Assembly (NCBI GenBank): GCA_934096805.1
Contig: CAKOMW010000001.1
Location: 215,633-279,632, forward strand
Length of the DNA: 64,000 nucleotides
Direction of reading: 5' to 3'
Source: an uncultured Bacilli bacterium
GTDB lineage: Bacteria > Bacillota_I > Bacilli_A > RF39 > UBA660
Position 1 is the first letter of the stretch; every line of letters begins with the position of its first letter. The notes beneath the pieces were generated by a model. It saw only the letters and a program-made list of their open reading frames with translations, did no database searches and was not told the DNA's origin. The position numbers and the translations under genes were made by a program. Shown here piece after piece: positions 7,737 to 17,455 of this stretch.

Positions 7737-8612
7737 GCAAGAAAAAATAATAAGAGAAGTTCTAATGTTAAAAAGATAAGTGCTCGTGGTGATTTAAAGA
7801 TTAAACAAAAGAGAAGAAATACAATTTTTTTAGTTATTTTTTTGATTTTTTTATTAGTTTTTTTATTTAGTATATTTAAAATTTTGTTTTGGGCAAGTGA
7901 TAATAAAGCTATTGATGATGTTGTTGAATCTATTAATAATGATACTAAGGTGAATGAAATTAAGGATGATGAGGCAACTGAAAAGGTTGATTCTAAGGGC
8001 GAAAGTAAAAAGAGTGACTATTGGTATTTTATTAAAATGCCTTTAATAGATGTTGATATTACTAAATTAAAGGCTAAGAATGCTGACACTGTTGGTTGGA
8101 TAAATGTTAATAATACTAATATTAATTATCCGTTTGTTCAAAGTAAGAATAATAAATATTATTTAACTCATGCATTTGATGGAAGTGTAAATGAGGCTGG
8201 GTGGGTTTTTCTTGATTATAGAAATGATAAGAATTTATCTAATAGAAATAATATAATTTACGCTCATTCTAGGCTTGATAGAACTATGTTTGGTTCTTTG
8301 AAGAAAGTTTTAAATAGAGAATGGTTTGAAAATAGAGATAATCGTGTAATAAGAATTTCTAATGAGAAAGAGAATACAATGTGGCAGGTTTTTTCAGTTT
8401 ATACTGTACCTGAGGAGACTTATTACATAACAACTGATTTTGTTAGTGATAAAGATTACTTAAAATTTTTGAAAAAGATTAAGAAAAGAAGTATTTATAA
8501 TTTTGATGCAAATGTTTCTAGTGATAGTAAGATCTTAACGCTAAGTACTTGTTATTCTGATAATAACAGAGTGGTTGTGCATGCTAAGCTAATAAAGAGA
8601 AGTGCTAGATAA
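7734..8612 (+). CDS. srtB: Class B sortase
   Basis: N-terminal TM helix, DTVGWINVNNTNINYPFVQSKNNKYYLTH, His box IIYAHS, catalytic TLSTCY and NRVVVHAKL. Confidence 0.85.
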   Translation: MARKNNKRSSNVKKISARGDLKIKQKRRNTIFLVIFLIFLLVFLFSIFKILFWASDNKAIDDVVESINNDTKVNEIKDDEATEKVDSKGESKKSDYWYFIKMPLIDVDITKLKAKNADTVGWINVNNTNINYPFVQSKNNKYYLTHAFDGSVNEAGWVFLDYRNDKNLSNRNNIIYAHSRLDRTMFGSLKKVLNREWFENRDNRVIRISNEKENTMWQVFSVYTVPEETYYITTDFVSDKDYLKFLKKIKKRSIYNFDANVSSDSKILTLSTCYSDNNRVVVHAKLIKRSAR

Positions 8613-8660
8613 TTGTTATTTTATTTTATTTTGAGCATATAATTTTTTGGAGATGATTAT

Positions 8661-9455
8661 ATGCTTTTTAATATTGGTGATTTGGTTACAAGAAAATCTT
8701 ATAATAATGATACAGTTTTTAAGATAATTAATATTAATGATGATGTTGTTATGTTGAAAGGGCTTAATGTTAGACTGGTTGCAGATGCCTTTGTAGACGA
8801 TTTGGTTCATTGCGAAGATTGTGAAAATGATTTGGTTTTAGACGATGATGATTTGACTGATAGAATGATTTCTTTTTCTGATTTAAATAGGGATGAATAT
8901 TTTTATTTGCCTGGGAAAGTTTTGCATATTGATGCTGATAATGATTATTTAAAACGTTGTATGCAGTTATATAATAAACTTAATATTTTGTCGTATGGTG
9001 CAGTTATTAGTGAAAAGGATATGCCTAATCAAATTATAGATCATTTAAAGGAAACAAGACCAGATATTTTAGTTATTACAGGGCATGATGCTTATTATGA
9101 TAAGGATAATGTTGATTTTTTAGATAATTCTAATTATAAGAATAGTAATAACTTTGTAAATACTTTGATAAATGCTAGGAAGTATGAAAATGATCATGAA
9201 AAACTTATTATAATTGCAGGGGCGTGTCAATCTAATTATGAACAGTTGATAAAAGCTGGTGCTAATTTTGCTAGTAGTCCTAAACGTATAAATATTCATG
9301 CACTTGATCCGGCGATTGTAGCTAGTAGTGTTAGTTTATCTAATAGAGGTAAGCCTATTGACTTAATAAATATTTTAAAAAAGACTAAGTATGGTACCGA
9401 TGGTATGGGTGGTATTATAACTAATGGTACAATGTATGTGGGGTATCCTAGATGA
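8661..9455 (+). CDS. yabG: Sporulation-specific protease YabG
   Basis: VLHIDAD..., ILVITGHDAY and AGACQSNYE...FASSPKRINIHALDPAIV. Conserved rsmA-yabG-veg order. Confidence 0.88.
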   Translation: MLFNIGDLVTRKSYNNDTVFKIININDDVVMLKGLNVRLVADAFVDDLVHCEDCENDLVLDDDDLTDRMISFSDLNRDEYFYLPGKVLHIDADNDYLKRCMQLYNKLNILSYGAVISEKDMPNQIIDHLKETRPDILVITGHDAYYDKDNVDFLDNSNYKNSNNFVNTLINARKYENDHEKLIIIAGACQSNYEQLIKAGANFASSPKRINIHALDPAIVASSVSLSNRGKPIDLINILKKTKYGTDGMGGIITNGTMYVGYPR

Positions 9456-9673
9456 CAATAGATAAGATACGAGAATATATTGATAGTAATACATCAAAAA
9501 AAATATTATTTAGAGTTAATGGCTCAAGGAATCAAATTGAAGAGTTTTATGGAATTATTGTTGCCGTATATAAGTCAATTTTTTTAATAAGGACTGAAAA
9601 TGGTTTGATTAAATCTTTTTCTTATTCTGATGTTTTGATTGGAAATATAGAAATTGTAGAAATTTCAATGTAA
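9452..9673 (+). CDS. veg: Veg (biofilm/sporulation-associated small protein)
   Basis: 73 aa, alignable to B. subtilis Veg (KILFRVNGSRNQIEEFYGIIVAVYKSIFLI...SFSYSDVL). ATGA overlap with yabG. Confidence 0.85.
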   Translation: MTIDKIREYIDSNTSKKILFRVNGSRNQIEEFYGIIVAVYKSIFLIRTENGLIKSFSYSDVLIGNIEIVEISM

Positions 9674-9762
9674 ATTATTGTAAATATGTGTTGCTTTTTT
9701 ATCTTTAATAATATAAAATTATATTTAGGAGCGGTTTGCTTCATAAAAGGAGGAGCTTAATA

Positions 9763-10020
9763 ATGAAAATTACATCTGTAAATGTACGTAAAGTTGAAAA
9801 AGAAGGATCTCGCATGAAAGGAATTGCTTCAGTTTTAATAGAAGACTGTTTTGCAATTCATGATATCCGTATTATTGAAGGAGATAATGGTTTGTTTATA
9901 GCTATGCCAAGTAGAAAGACTTCAAATGGAGGTTATCGTGATATAGCACATCCTATTAATCCTGAAACTCGTGCATTATTTGAAGAAGCTATTTTAGAAG
10001 CATATAAAACTGCTGAATAA
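9763..10020 (+). CDS. spoVG: Septation/sporulation regulator SpoVG
   Basis: MKITSVNVRKVEKEGSRMKGIASVLIEDCFAIHDIRIIEGDNGLFIAMPSRK. RBS AAAGGAGGAG. The track start at 9736 is an extension. Confidence 0.93.
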   Translation: MKITSVNVRKVEKEGSRMKGIASVLIEDCFAIHDIRIIEGDNGLFIAMPSRKTSNGGYRDIAHPINPETRALFEEAILEAYKTAE

Positions 10021-10028
10021 TAGTATTT

Positions 10029-10053
10029 AACACACTTTATGTGTGTTTTTTTC
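10029..10053 (+). terminator. Rho-independent terminator after spoVG
   Basis: aacacac (10029-10035), loop tttat, gtgtgtt (10041-10047), then a T-run. Confidence 0.7.
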
Positions 10054-10097
10054 ATATTTGTTTACATTTTTTCATAAAATTCATTGGGAGGAATATT

Positions 10098-10379
10098 ATG
10101 AAAGAAAATATAAGTGGTAGTCACAGTATTAGCATTAATGAAAGAAAAAATATTTATATTAATGGTGTAATCAAAATTGATAGTTTTGATGAAGAGGAAT
10201 TCTTATTAGAAACAAATCAAGGTTATTTGGCTATTAAAGGTGAAGGATTAGAGTTAATAAGGTTAGATACTAAGGATGGTGTTGTTTCTATTAAGGGATT
10301 GATTATAAGTATGAGTTATATTGAGGATTTGAAAAAGCCTGTGAAACAAAGTGGATTTTTTGAAAAAGTATTTAAATGA
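10098..10379 (+). CDS. yabP: Sporulation protein YabP
   Basis: HSISINERKNIYINGVIKIDSFDEEEFLLETNQGYLAIKGEGLEL. GGGAGG RBS. The track start at 10041 would include the spoVG terminator. Confidence 0.85.
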   Translation: MKENISGSHSISINERKNIYINGVIKIDSFDEEEFLLETNQGYLAIKGEGLELIRLDTKDGVVSIKGLIISMSYIEDLKKPVKQSGFFEKVFK

Positions 10380-10666
10380 GTTTAAGAGTACAAGTAGTTA
10401 CATTTTTATTTTTATTTGTTTATGGTTTTATTTACTTTTTAGTTTTTTGGTTTTTTAGGAGAAAATTACTTTATTTTAATTTTGTTTTAAGATTTTTATA
10501 TAATTTATTTTTTATGTTGTTTATGGTTTTTATTTTTTTGTTTTTTTTGATAAGAATTAATAATGGAATTTTAAATTGTTATTATTTATTATTATTTGGA
10601 AGTGGTTTGTTTTGTTCGTTTTTATTTTATAGATCTATTTATAGACACTTAAAGTGTAAACTTTAG
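10376..10666 (+). CDS. yabQ: Spore cortex biosynthesis protein YabQ
   Basis: Small, very hydrophobic F/L-rich polytopic protein with an ATGA overlap with yabP. Canonical yabP-yabQ pairing. Confidence 0.8.
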   Translation: MSLRVQVVTFLFLFVYGFIYFLVFWFFRRKLLYFNFVLRFLYNLFFMLFMVFIFLFFLIRINNGILNCYYLLLFGSGLFCSFLFYRSIYRHLKCKL

Positions 10667-10740
10667 TGTTTTTTTGTCAATTTGATTGAATTTTACTTTA
10701 CATTTTGTTATCATTTATGGTAGAGGTAGGTGATTATAAT

Positions 10741-11037
10741 ATGGCTCGCAAACAAAAAAGAGTTAAAAGAAATTTTAAGCGAATTTTTTTAGTTACTGTT
10801 TTATGTTTGACTGTTAATTTTTTTGTAATTACCTATATTGTTAATGTATTCAAAGATGTTGTTGAATTGAAAAAAGAAAAGGAAGAGCTTGCTGTTACAC
10901 TTGATGATCTAAAAGAAAAAGAAAAAGTGTTAAAATCTGAAGTTAATAAATTACAAGAGCCTGATTATATTGCAAAATACGCTAGAGAAAAATTCATGTA
11001 TTCTGGTGATGGGGAATACATTATTAGGATCAAATAA
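10741..11037 (+). CDS. divIC: Septum formation initiator (DivIC/FtsB family)
   Basis: Basic N-terminus, one TM helix, a coiled coil (ELKKEKEELAVTLDDLKEKEKVLKSEVNKLQ) and DYIAKYAREKF. Position after yabQ matches B. subtilis. Confidence 0.85.
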   Translation: MARKQKRVKRNFKRIFLVTVLCLTVNFFVITYIVNVFKDVVELKKEKEELAVTLDDLKEKEKVLKSEVNKLQEPDYIAKYAREKFMYSGDGEYIIRIK

Positions 11038-11109
11038 TAACAATGTTATTATTTTTTTAGTTGTCTTTTTTTGAGAATCAATGTATTATATTTGAAAGTG
11101 GTGATTGAA

Positions 11110-12456
11110 ATGAACGAGGTTTTTAATTATTTAGATAGGTTGTTATGTTTAGATGATGTTGTTGTTTTAGGATGTTCTGGTGGTCCGGATTCTATGGCTC
11201 TTCTTAATATTTTGCTTTATTATAGAAAGAAAAAAAATATATCTATTATTTGTTGTCATGTAAATCATAATGTTAGAGATGAAAGTTATAATGAGATGAA
11301 TGCATTAGAAGAGTTGTGTGCTAAAGAAAAAGTGTGCTTTGAAAAGATGATAATTGAAAAATATGGTGATGATAATTTTGAAAATGAGGCTAGGAATATT
11401 AGGTATACCTTTTTTGAAGATGTTGTTAATAAATATAATGCTAATTATTTAATGACTGCTCATCATGGTGATGATCTTATTGAAACTGTTTTGATGAAAA
11501 TAGTTAGGGGATCTAATTTGTCTGGATATGGTGGATTTAAAATGGAAGTTGATAAAGAATCTTATAAAATAATTAGGCCTTTGATTTTTGTTACTAAGGA
11601 TGATATTATTAATTATAATTTAGAGAACGATATTGATTATTTCATTGATAAGACTAATTTTTTAGATATTCATACTAGAAATCGTTATCGTAAGACTGTT
11701 TTGCCTTTTTTGAAAAGTGAGGACAAAAATGTTCATAAAAAGTTTCTGAAATATAGTAATACAATTATGATGTATGATGATTATATTAATAAGCAAATGG
11801 AAAGTATCATTTGTGATATTTATAATGATGGATGTCTACATATAGATAAGTTTCTGAAATTGGATGATATTTTTAAGATTAAGATTTTATATATTATGCT
11901 AGAAGATTTTTATCAAGATGATATGATTTTAATTAACGATGTTCATATAAATTTAATAATGAATTTTATTTCTTCTAAAAAGGTTAATGGGTATGTTAAT
12001 TTACCAAATAATGTAAAGGTTGTGAGGGAGTATAATAATTTGTTTGTTAATTTTGAAACTGGTCAAATAGATCAGTATGAAATTGAAATTGGTGATAATG
12101 TTATTCTTCCTAATAAAATGATTATTGAGAGAGTTTCGTATGCACTTGAAAATGGTAATAATATCTGTAGATTAAAAAGTGATGATATTTTGTTACCGCT
12201 TATAGTTAGAACAAGAAGGTCTGGGGACAGAATGGTAATTAAAAATATGAATGGTTCAAAAAAAGTAAAGGATATTTTTATTGATTGCAAGATTCCTTTA
12301 GAGAAGAGAGATGATTGGCCTATTGTTGTTGATTCTAATGATACTGTTGTTTGGATACCGGGTTTAAAAAAATCTAACTTTGATATTCCAAAAAATAAAA
12401 AATGTGATATAATATTAAGGTATAACTTTCAAGGGAGGGAAAATAATGAAAAATAA
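11110..12456 (+). CDS. tilS: tRNA(Ile)-lysidine synthase
   Basis: PP-loop GCSGGPDSMAL, HVNHNVR, TAHHGDD and a C-terminal RTRRSGDRM...KVKDIFID domain. Confidence 0.92.
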   Translation: MNEVFNYLDRLLCLDDVVVLGCSGGPDSMALLNILLYYRKKKNISIICCHVNHNVRDESYNEMNALEELCAKEKVCFEKMIIEKYGDDNFENEARNIRYTFFEDVVNKYNANYLMTAHHGDDLIETVLMKIVRGSNLSGYGGFKMEVDKESYKIIRPLIFVTKDDIINYNLENDIDYFIDKTNFLDIHTRNRYRKTVLPFLKSEDKNVHKKFLKYSNTIMMYDDYINKQMESIICDIYNDGCLHIDKFLKLDDIFKIKILYIMLEDFYQDDMILINDVHINLIMNFISSKKVNGYVNLPNNVKVVREYNNLFVNFETGQIDQYEIEIGDNVILPNKMIIERVSYALENGNNICRLKSDDILLPLIVRTRRSGDRMVIKNMNGSKKVKDIFIDCKIPLEKRDDWPIVVDSNDTVVWIPGLKKSNFDIPKNKKCDIILRYNFQGRENNEK

Positions 12457-14416
12457 TGTTAGAAAAAATGCTTTTCAGTATATATCTATTCTCGTGTTTT
12501 TTGTGTTAATTATAGTTTTAGTTAATACTTTTTCTTCTAGGGAACATGAGTTTACGTATGATGAGTTTATTAGTAATTTAGAAAAGGGTAATGTTACTGA
12601 ACTTACAGTTGTGCCTCGTGCAAATTCTTCAGTTTATGAAATAAATGGTAAGTTATCTGGATATAAAGAAAAAGAAACTTTTGTTGTTAATATTCCTTAT
12701 TCGGATAATTTGATTTCTAATGTTATGAGTATTTCTGAAAAGAATAATTTAAAGGTTAAAACTAATAAGAATCCTGAGAATAGTTCTTTGCTTGTAATAT
12801 TAGTAAATGTTTTACCTTTTGTTGTATTGATTGGTTTGGCTTTTTTCTTTTTATCAAAGCAAGTAGGAGGAAGTTCTAAATCATTTGATTTCGGCAAGAG
12901 TAAAGCAAAATTGCATTCTGATGATGATAAGGTTACTTTTGATGATGTAGCTGGACTTACTGAGGAAAAGATTGAAGTTAAGGAATTGATTGACTTTTTG
13001 AAAAATCCAAAGAGGTTCCAAAAGTTAGGTGCAAGGATTCCAAAGGGTATTTTACTTGTTGGGCCTCCGGGTACTGGTAAAACGTTGCTTGCTCGTGCCG
13101 TAGCTGGTGAAGCTAATGTTCCTTTCTATTATATAAGTGGTTCTGACTTTGTGGAATTGTTTGTAGGGGTTGGTGCAAGCCGTGTTAGGGATATGTTTAA
13201 ACAAGCTAAACAAACTGCTCCATGTTTAATATTTATTGATGAAATTGATGCAGTAGGACGTCAAAGAGGAACTGGTCTTGGTGGTGGTCATGATGAGAGA
13301 GAACAAACTTTGAACCAGTTGCTTACTGAAATGGATGGTTTTGGTGCGAATGAAGGAATAATAATAATTGCTGCTACTAACAGACCGGATGTGCTTGATC
13401 CTGCGCTTCTTAGACCAGGTAGGTTTGATAGACAAGTTACTGTTTCTCTTCCAGATATGAATGAGCGTAAGGAAATATTAAAGGTACATGCTAAAAATAA
13501 GATATTAGGTAGTGATGTTACTTTAGAGAATTTAGCAAAAAGAACTTCTGGTTTTTCAGGAGCAGATCTAGAAAATTTATTAAATGAAGCTGCGCTTCTT
13601 GCTGTTAGACGTAATAAGGATAAAATTACTATGAAAGAGGTTGATGAAGCTCATGACAGGGTTTTAATGGGTCCTGCTAAAACTTCGAGAAATGTAACGA
13701 CTAATGATAAGAAAATAACTGCTTATCATGAGGCTGGGCATGTTGTAGCTGGTTTAAAATTAGAGCAATCAAATATTGTGCAAAAAGTTACTATCATTCC
13801 TAGAGGAATGGCTGGTGGTTACACTAATATTCAAAGTGAAGAGGAAAAGATGCATACTACTAAGCATGAATTGTTAGAAACTATTTCTACTTTACTTGCT
13901 GGTAGAGTTACTGAAAATTTGGTATTTGATGATATAACAACTGGCGCTTCTAATGATATAGAACGTGCAACTAAAATTGCTAGAGCTATGGTTTGTGAGT
14001 ATGGAATGAGTAGCCTTGGACCTATGCAATTAGAACAAAATGAATCTAGTGTGTTCTTAGGTAGAGATTATAATAAGTCACGTAATTTTTCTGATCAAGT
14101 TGCATTTGAAATAGACAAAGAAATTAGAAAAATAATTGATGAATGCTATAAGAAAACTGAAAAGATTATAACAGATAATATGAATCTTGTAACATTGATT
14201 GCTGAAAATCTTGTTGAGTATGAAACTCTTACTAAAGAACAAATCGATTATCTAGTGAGTCATGGAAAAATGAAAGAACTTGATGTTTCTGATGATAGTG
14301 ATACTGATAACAACGATTTAACATTGGAAGAGCTTAAGGATATTGCAAAAGAAAAGGGAATAAAAGGTTATTCTAAAATGAATAAGAATGATTTAAAAAA
14401 AGAGTTAGGAATGTAA
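12446..14416 (+). CDS. ftsH: ATP-dependent zinc metalloprotease FtsH with C-terminal Rho_N-like tail
   Basis: Two TM helices, Walker [12 protein letters not shown], and zinc site HEAGH. The extra tail [30 protein letters not shown] is at 14318-14413. Confidence 0.96.
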   Translation: MKNNVRKNAFQYISILVFFVLIIVLVNTFSSREHEFTYDEFISNLEKGNVTELTVVPRANSSVYEINGKLSGYKEKETFVVNIPYSDNLISNVMSISEKNNLKVKTNKNPENSSLLVILVNVLPFVVLIGLAFFFLSKQVGGSSKSFDFGKSKAKLHSDDDKVTFDDVAGLTEEKIEVKELIDFLKNPKRFQKLGARIPKGILLVGPPGTGKTLLARAVAGEANVPFYYISGSDFVELFVGVGASRVRDMFKQAKQTAPCLIFIDEIDAVGRQRGTGLGGGHDEREQTLNQLLTEMDGFGANEGIIIIAATNRPDVLDPALLRPGRFDRQVTVSLPDMNERKEILKVHAKNKILGSDVTLENLAKRTSGFSGADLENLLNEAALLAVRRNKDKITMKEVDEAHDRVLMGPAKTSRNVTTNDKKITAYHEAGHVVAGLKLEQSNIVQKVTIIPRGMAGGYTNIQSEEEKMHTTKHELLETISTLLAGRVTENLVFDDITTGASNDIERATKIARAMVCEYGMSSLGPMQLEQNESSVFLGRDYNKSRNFSDQVAFEIDKEIRKIIDECYKKTEKIITDNMNLVTLIAENLVEYETLTKEQIDYLVSHGKMKELDVSDDSDTDNNDLTLEELKDIAKEKGIKGYSKMNKNDLKKELGM

Positions 14417-14650
14417 ATTCTTAACTTTTTTTTATTTTGTTGAAAATTGATTTTTTGTTGCATTTTTGGTGTCAAAATGTGTTTTTTCTCTAGGGGAATT
14501 TTCGCTTGTGATACTTTTTTTGCATTTGAATTTTAAAAAAGTGCCATTTTACATGTGATCTAAAATAGTTTATATTGATAGCAAGGGACAAGTTTGTGAT
14601 TTTTGTTCTTATACTCGGGTACTTATATTTTTTATTTGGGAGGGATGTGT

Positions 14651-16687
14651 ATGAAGAAAATTTGTTTTATTTTTTTATTGTTATTAAGTTTATTTTTAAT
14701 AAATAGAGTTGATGCTGCTTCGTATAAGGGCAGGCTTTATGAAGTGTATCATCCTAATTCTGGATTCACTGTTTTTGCTTCTTCTAGTGTATCTAGTATG
14801 GATTATAATAGTTGGATTATTAAATCTACTGCTGATAAAAGAGTTTATTATTGCATTGAGCCGGAATTGGCACTGTCTGGTGCTTCAAAAGGTTCTCATA
14901 AGTATTTGATTGATAAAAGTAATGTTATAAAGAATTCTAAGCTTACTACTAGTAAATATAATAAGGTACAGTTGTTGGCTTATTATGGTTATGGTTACAA
15001 AGATAATAATGTAAATCACACTTCAAAAAAATGGTATGGTATTACGCAGGTTATGATTTGGAGGGTAATGCGTTCTGATTTGAAGTGGACTTTTAAGGCT
15101 AATAGGAGTTCAAAACCTAATAAGAATTTATATTTAAAAGAAGTAAATGAGTTAAATAAATTGGTCAAGGAGCATTCTATTAAGCCTAGTTTTTCTGGAA
15201 AAAAAGTTAAACTTTTAGTTGGCGAAACTATTGAAATTAATGATAAGAATGGTGTTTTTTCTAATTATTCTTTAAAAGGTACTCCTAAGAATGTTAAGGT
15301 TTCTCGTGTTTCTAATAAAATTCGGATTACTGCTATTAAGACTGGTAATGAAACGTTGTCATATAGTAAGTCTTCGAGGACTAGTGAAAAGTTTGCTCTT
15401 TTCTACAGTACGAAGTATCAAGATGTTGTTTCTGTTGGCAAACCGTCGCTTCCTAGTTTTTCACTTAATGTCGAAGTTAGTGGTGCTTCAATTACTGTTA
15501 AGAAAGTTGATAGTTCTACTAATAGTTTTGAGGCTTTAGGAGATGCTAATCTTTCTGGGGCTGTTTATGGAATATATAATTCTTCTAATGAATTAGTTAC
15601 TAAGATTACTATTGATTCAAAGGGTGAAGCTAAAGCTGTTCTTGGTTATGGAAATTATAAAATAAAGGAATTAGAGGCTCCATTAGGTTATAAGATTAGT
15701 GATAAAGTTTATGAATTTAAAATTGATAGGAATAATGCTAGTCCTGTTGTGGTTGTTTCAGATGTTGTTATTAAAGGACGTATTCTTTTGAAAAAGAGAA
15801 AGGGTGGCTTAGATGAAGAGATGACGGTTGAGGCCGGTGCTAAGTTTGAGGTTGTTTCTTCTTCAAATAAGTTAGTTAAAACTCTTATAACTGATGAAAA
15901 TGGTGAGGCTTCTGCAGATTTGGCTTATGGTAAATATACAATTCGTCAAATTAAAGGTGCTTTTGGTTATAGTATAGTTAATTCGTTTGTGATTGAAGTT
16001 AAGGAAGAAAAAACTTATACTTATAATCTTGATAATGTAAAGTTCTCTAAGTTAATATTTGAGAAAAAAGATAGTGTTTTAGGTAAGGTGTTGCCTGGGG
16101 CTGAAATTGATGTTTTTGATTCTTCTGATAAGGTTATTTATTCTGGTATTACGGATAAGAATGGAAGAATTGAGATTGATAACTTGCAGATTGGACGTTA
16201 TTACATTGTTGAAAAGAAGGCTCTTAAGTATTATAAGTTGGATAACAAAAAAATTTATTTTGAAGTGTCTTCGAATGGAAAAGAAGTTAATGTCACTATG
16301 GAAAATGAAAGAAAAAAAGGCTCTTTAGAATTTTTTAAGACTGATTCTGGTGGTAAAAAGGGTTTGTCAGGAGCTTTAATTGAAATTTATTTTAAAGAGA
16401 CAAACAAATTGATTTTTAAGGGAGAAACAAATAAAGATGGAATAATAAAGGTTGATGATTTGTTTGCTGGAGAATATTGTTTGTATGAAAAGAGGGCTCC
16501 AAAAGGTTATGCTATTTCAAAGAAACCTATTTGCTTCGATATTCAAAATGATAAACAGTTGGTGAAAGTCAATATGAAAAATGATATGGTTGTAAAAATT
16601 CCTGAGACTGGAGGGTATAAGTTTGATTACTTGTTATTGTTATTGACATTATTGTTAGGAAGTGTAATATTTTATGCGAAGGCTTAG
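14651..16687 (+). CDS. Sortase-anchored surface adhesin: N-terminal Cys-Gln thioester (TQXA-like) domain plus four SpaA/Cna-B-type repeats, IPETG sorting signal
   Basis: Signal peptide MKKICFIFLLLLSLFLINRVDA. YYCIEPE ... AYYGYGY ... ITQVMIWRV. Four repeats of the type G(A/L)x(Y/F/I)...D(S/E/K)xG(E/R/I)...LxxGxYxxxExxAPxGY. C-terminus KIPETGG plus a hydrophobic segment plus AKA. GGGAGG RBS before ATG 14651. Confidence 0.8.
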   Translation: MKKICFIFLLLLSLFLINRVDAASYKGRLYEVYHPNSGFTVFASSSVSSMDYNSWIIKSTADKRVYYCIEPELALSGASKGSHKYLIDKSNVIKNSKLTTSKYNKVQLLAYYGYGYKDNNVNHTSKKWYGITQVMIWRVMRSDLKWTFKANRSSKPNKNLYLKEVNELNKLVKEHSIKPSFSGKKVKLLVGETIEINDKNGVFSNYSLKGTPKNVKVSRVSNKIRITAIKTGNETLSYSKSSRTSEKFALFYSTKYQDVVSVGKPSLPSFSLNVEVSGASITVKKVDSSTNSFEALGDANLSGAVYGIYNSSNELVTKITIDSKGEAKAVLGYGNYKIKELEAPLGYKISDKVYEFKIDRNNASPVVVVSDVVIKGRILLKKRKGGLDEEMTVEAGAKFEVVSSSNKLVKTLITDENGEASADLAYGKYTIRQIKGAFGYSIVNSFVIEVKEEKTYTYNLDNVKFSKLIFEKKDSVLGKVLPGAEIDVFDSSDKVIYSGITDKNGRIEIDNLQIGRYYIVEKKALKYYKLDNKKIYFEVSSNGKEVNVTMENERKKGSLEFFKTDSGGKKGLSGALIEIYFKETNKLIFKGETNKDGIIKVDDLFAGEYCLYEKRAPKGYAISKKPICFDIQNDKQLVKVNMKNDMVVKIPETGGYKFDYLLLLLTLLLGSVIFYAKA

Positions 16688-17276
16688 TTTGTTTCTTTCT
16701 ATTTTCTTTTTGATATTTTTTGTTATAATTTTTATTTTTATAGATTTTGGTTTGTTTTATGATGTTAAGATTATTCCCACTACCAGGGAAAATGCTTCTT
16801 CTTTTGATGATTTTTCTATTTATAATAATAAATCTGATGAAGTTTCAGATAATAAAGAATCAGATTCTTATATAGCCTTTTTGGAAATACCTAGAATTGG
16901 TCTAAAAAGAGGATTGGTATCTCCTTTATCTTCTTTTAATAATGTGGCTAATAATATTGAAATAATTTATCCTTATGAGATGCCTGATGTTGATGGTAGT
17001 ACGTTCATTTTGGCAGCTCATAGTGGCAATCTTGATGTTTCATTTTTTAGAAATTTACGAGATTTAGAACTTAATGATTTGGTTTATGTTTATTATAATG
17101 ATGAAAGGTTTGTTTATAGAATTATCCGCTATTATGAGGAAAAAAGAACTGGTTATATTTCAATTAAAAAGGGTGAAAATAAAAATGTAATTGTACTTAC
17201 TACTTGTAAAAATAAACGTGAGCAGTTAATTTATATTGGTACTTTAATAAAAAGAGATGAGTATTCTGGTAATTGA
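16674..17276 (+). CDS. Sortase-family transpeptidase (class not assignable by eye)
   Basis: N-terminal TM helix, His box FILAAHSGN and Cys box VIVLTTCKN. Overlaps the adhesin gene by 14 nt. Confidence 0.78.
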   Translation: MRRLSLFLSIFFLIFFVIIFIFIDFGLFYDVKIIPTTRENASSFDDFSIYNNKSDEVSDNKESDSYIAFLEIPRIGLKRGLVSPLSSFNNVANNIEIIYPYEMPDVDGSTFILAAHSGNLDVSFFRNLRDLELNDLVYVYYNDERFVYRIIRYYEEKRTGYISIKKGENKNVIVLTTCKNKREQLIYIGTLIKRDEYSGN

Positions 17277-17363
17277 TAGTTTTTGTTTTGCATTTTTATA
17301 GGATAGTTTCTATTGAAATATGTTTTTAATGTTTCCTTTTTTAATTTTTGTTCTTGTTGGTAC

Positions 17364-17392
17364 TTGTCAAAACATATAATTTGTTGTATAAT
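17364..17392 (+). promoter_or_regulatory. Putative sigma-A promoter of rpsF-ssb-rpsR
   Basis: TTGTCA (17364-17369), 17-nt spacer, TATAAT (17387-17392). Confidence 0.6.
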
Positions 17393-17455
17393 ACTTGCGA
17401 GTATTAAATTACTCCTTGCCTTATTTTAGGCCAGAGTCCAAAAGGAGGTGTAAAG

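Noticed and set aside
10041-10097. The upstream extension of yabP proposed by the ORF track. Similar N-terminal extensions occur at 1196, 9736, 11071, 14603, 18230, 19482, 23649, 46727, 48093 and 57908.
   Set aside because: Each extension lacks an RBS. An internal ATG, GTG or TTG with a good SD matches ortholog N-termini. Here the extension would also run through the spoVG terminator hairpin.
14417-14650. The 234-nt gap upstream of the adhesin as a riboswitch or ncRNA.
   Set aside because: I found no convincing conserved structure or known motif. It contains only AT-rich sequence with weak promoter-like hexamers.
14709-16328. Three + strand ORFs (14709-14909, 15291-15539, 16107-16328) inside the adhesin gene.
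   Set aside because: They are out-of-frame overlaps of the long adhesin CDS. They are L/R-rich nonsense sequences with no RBS.
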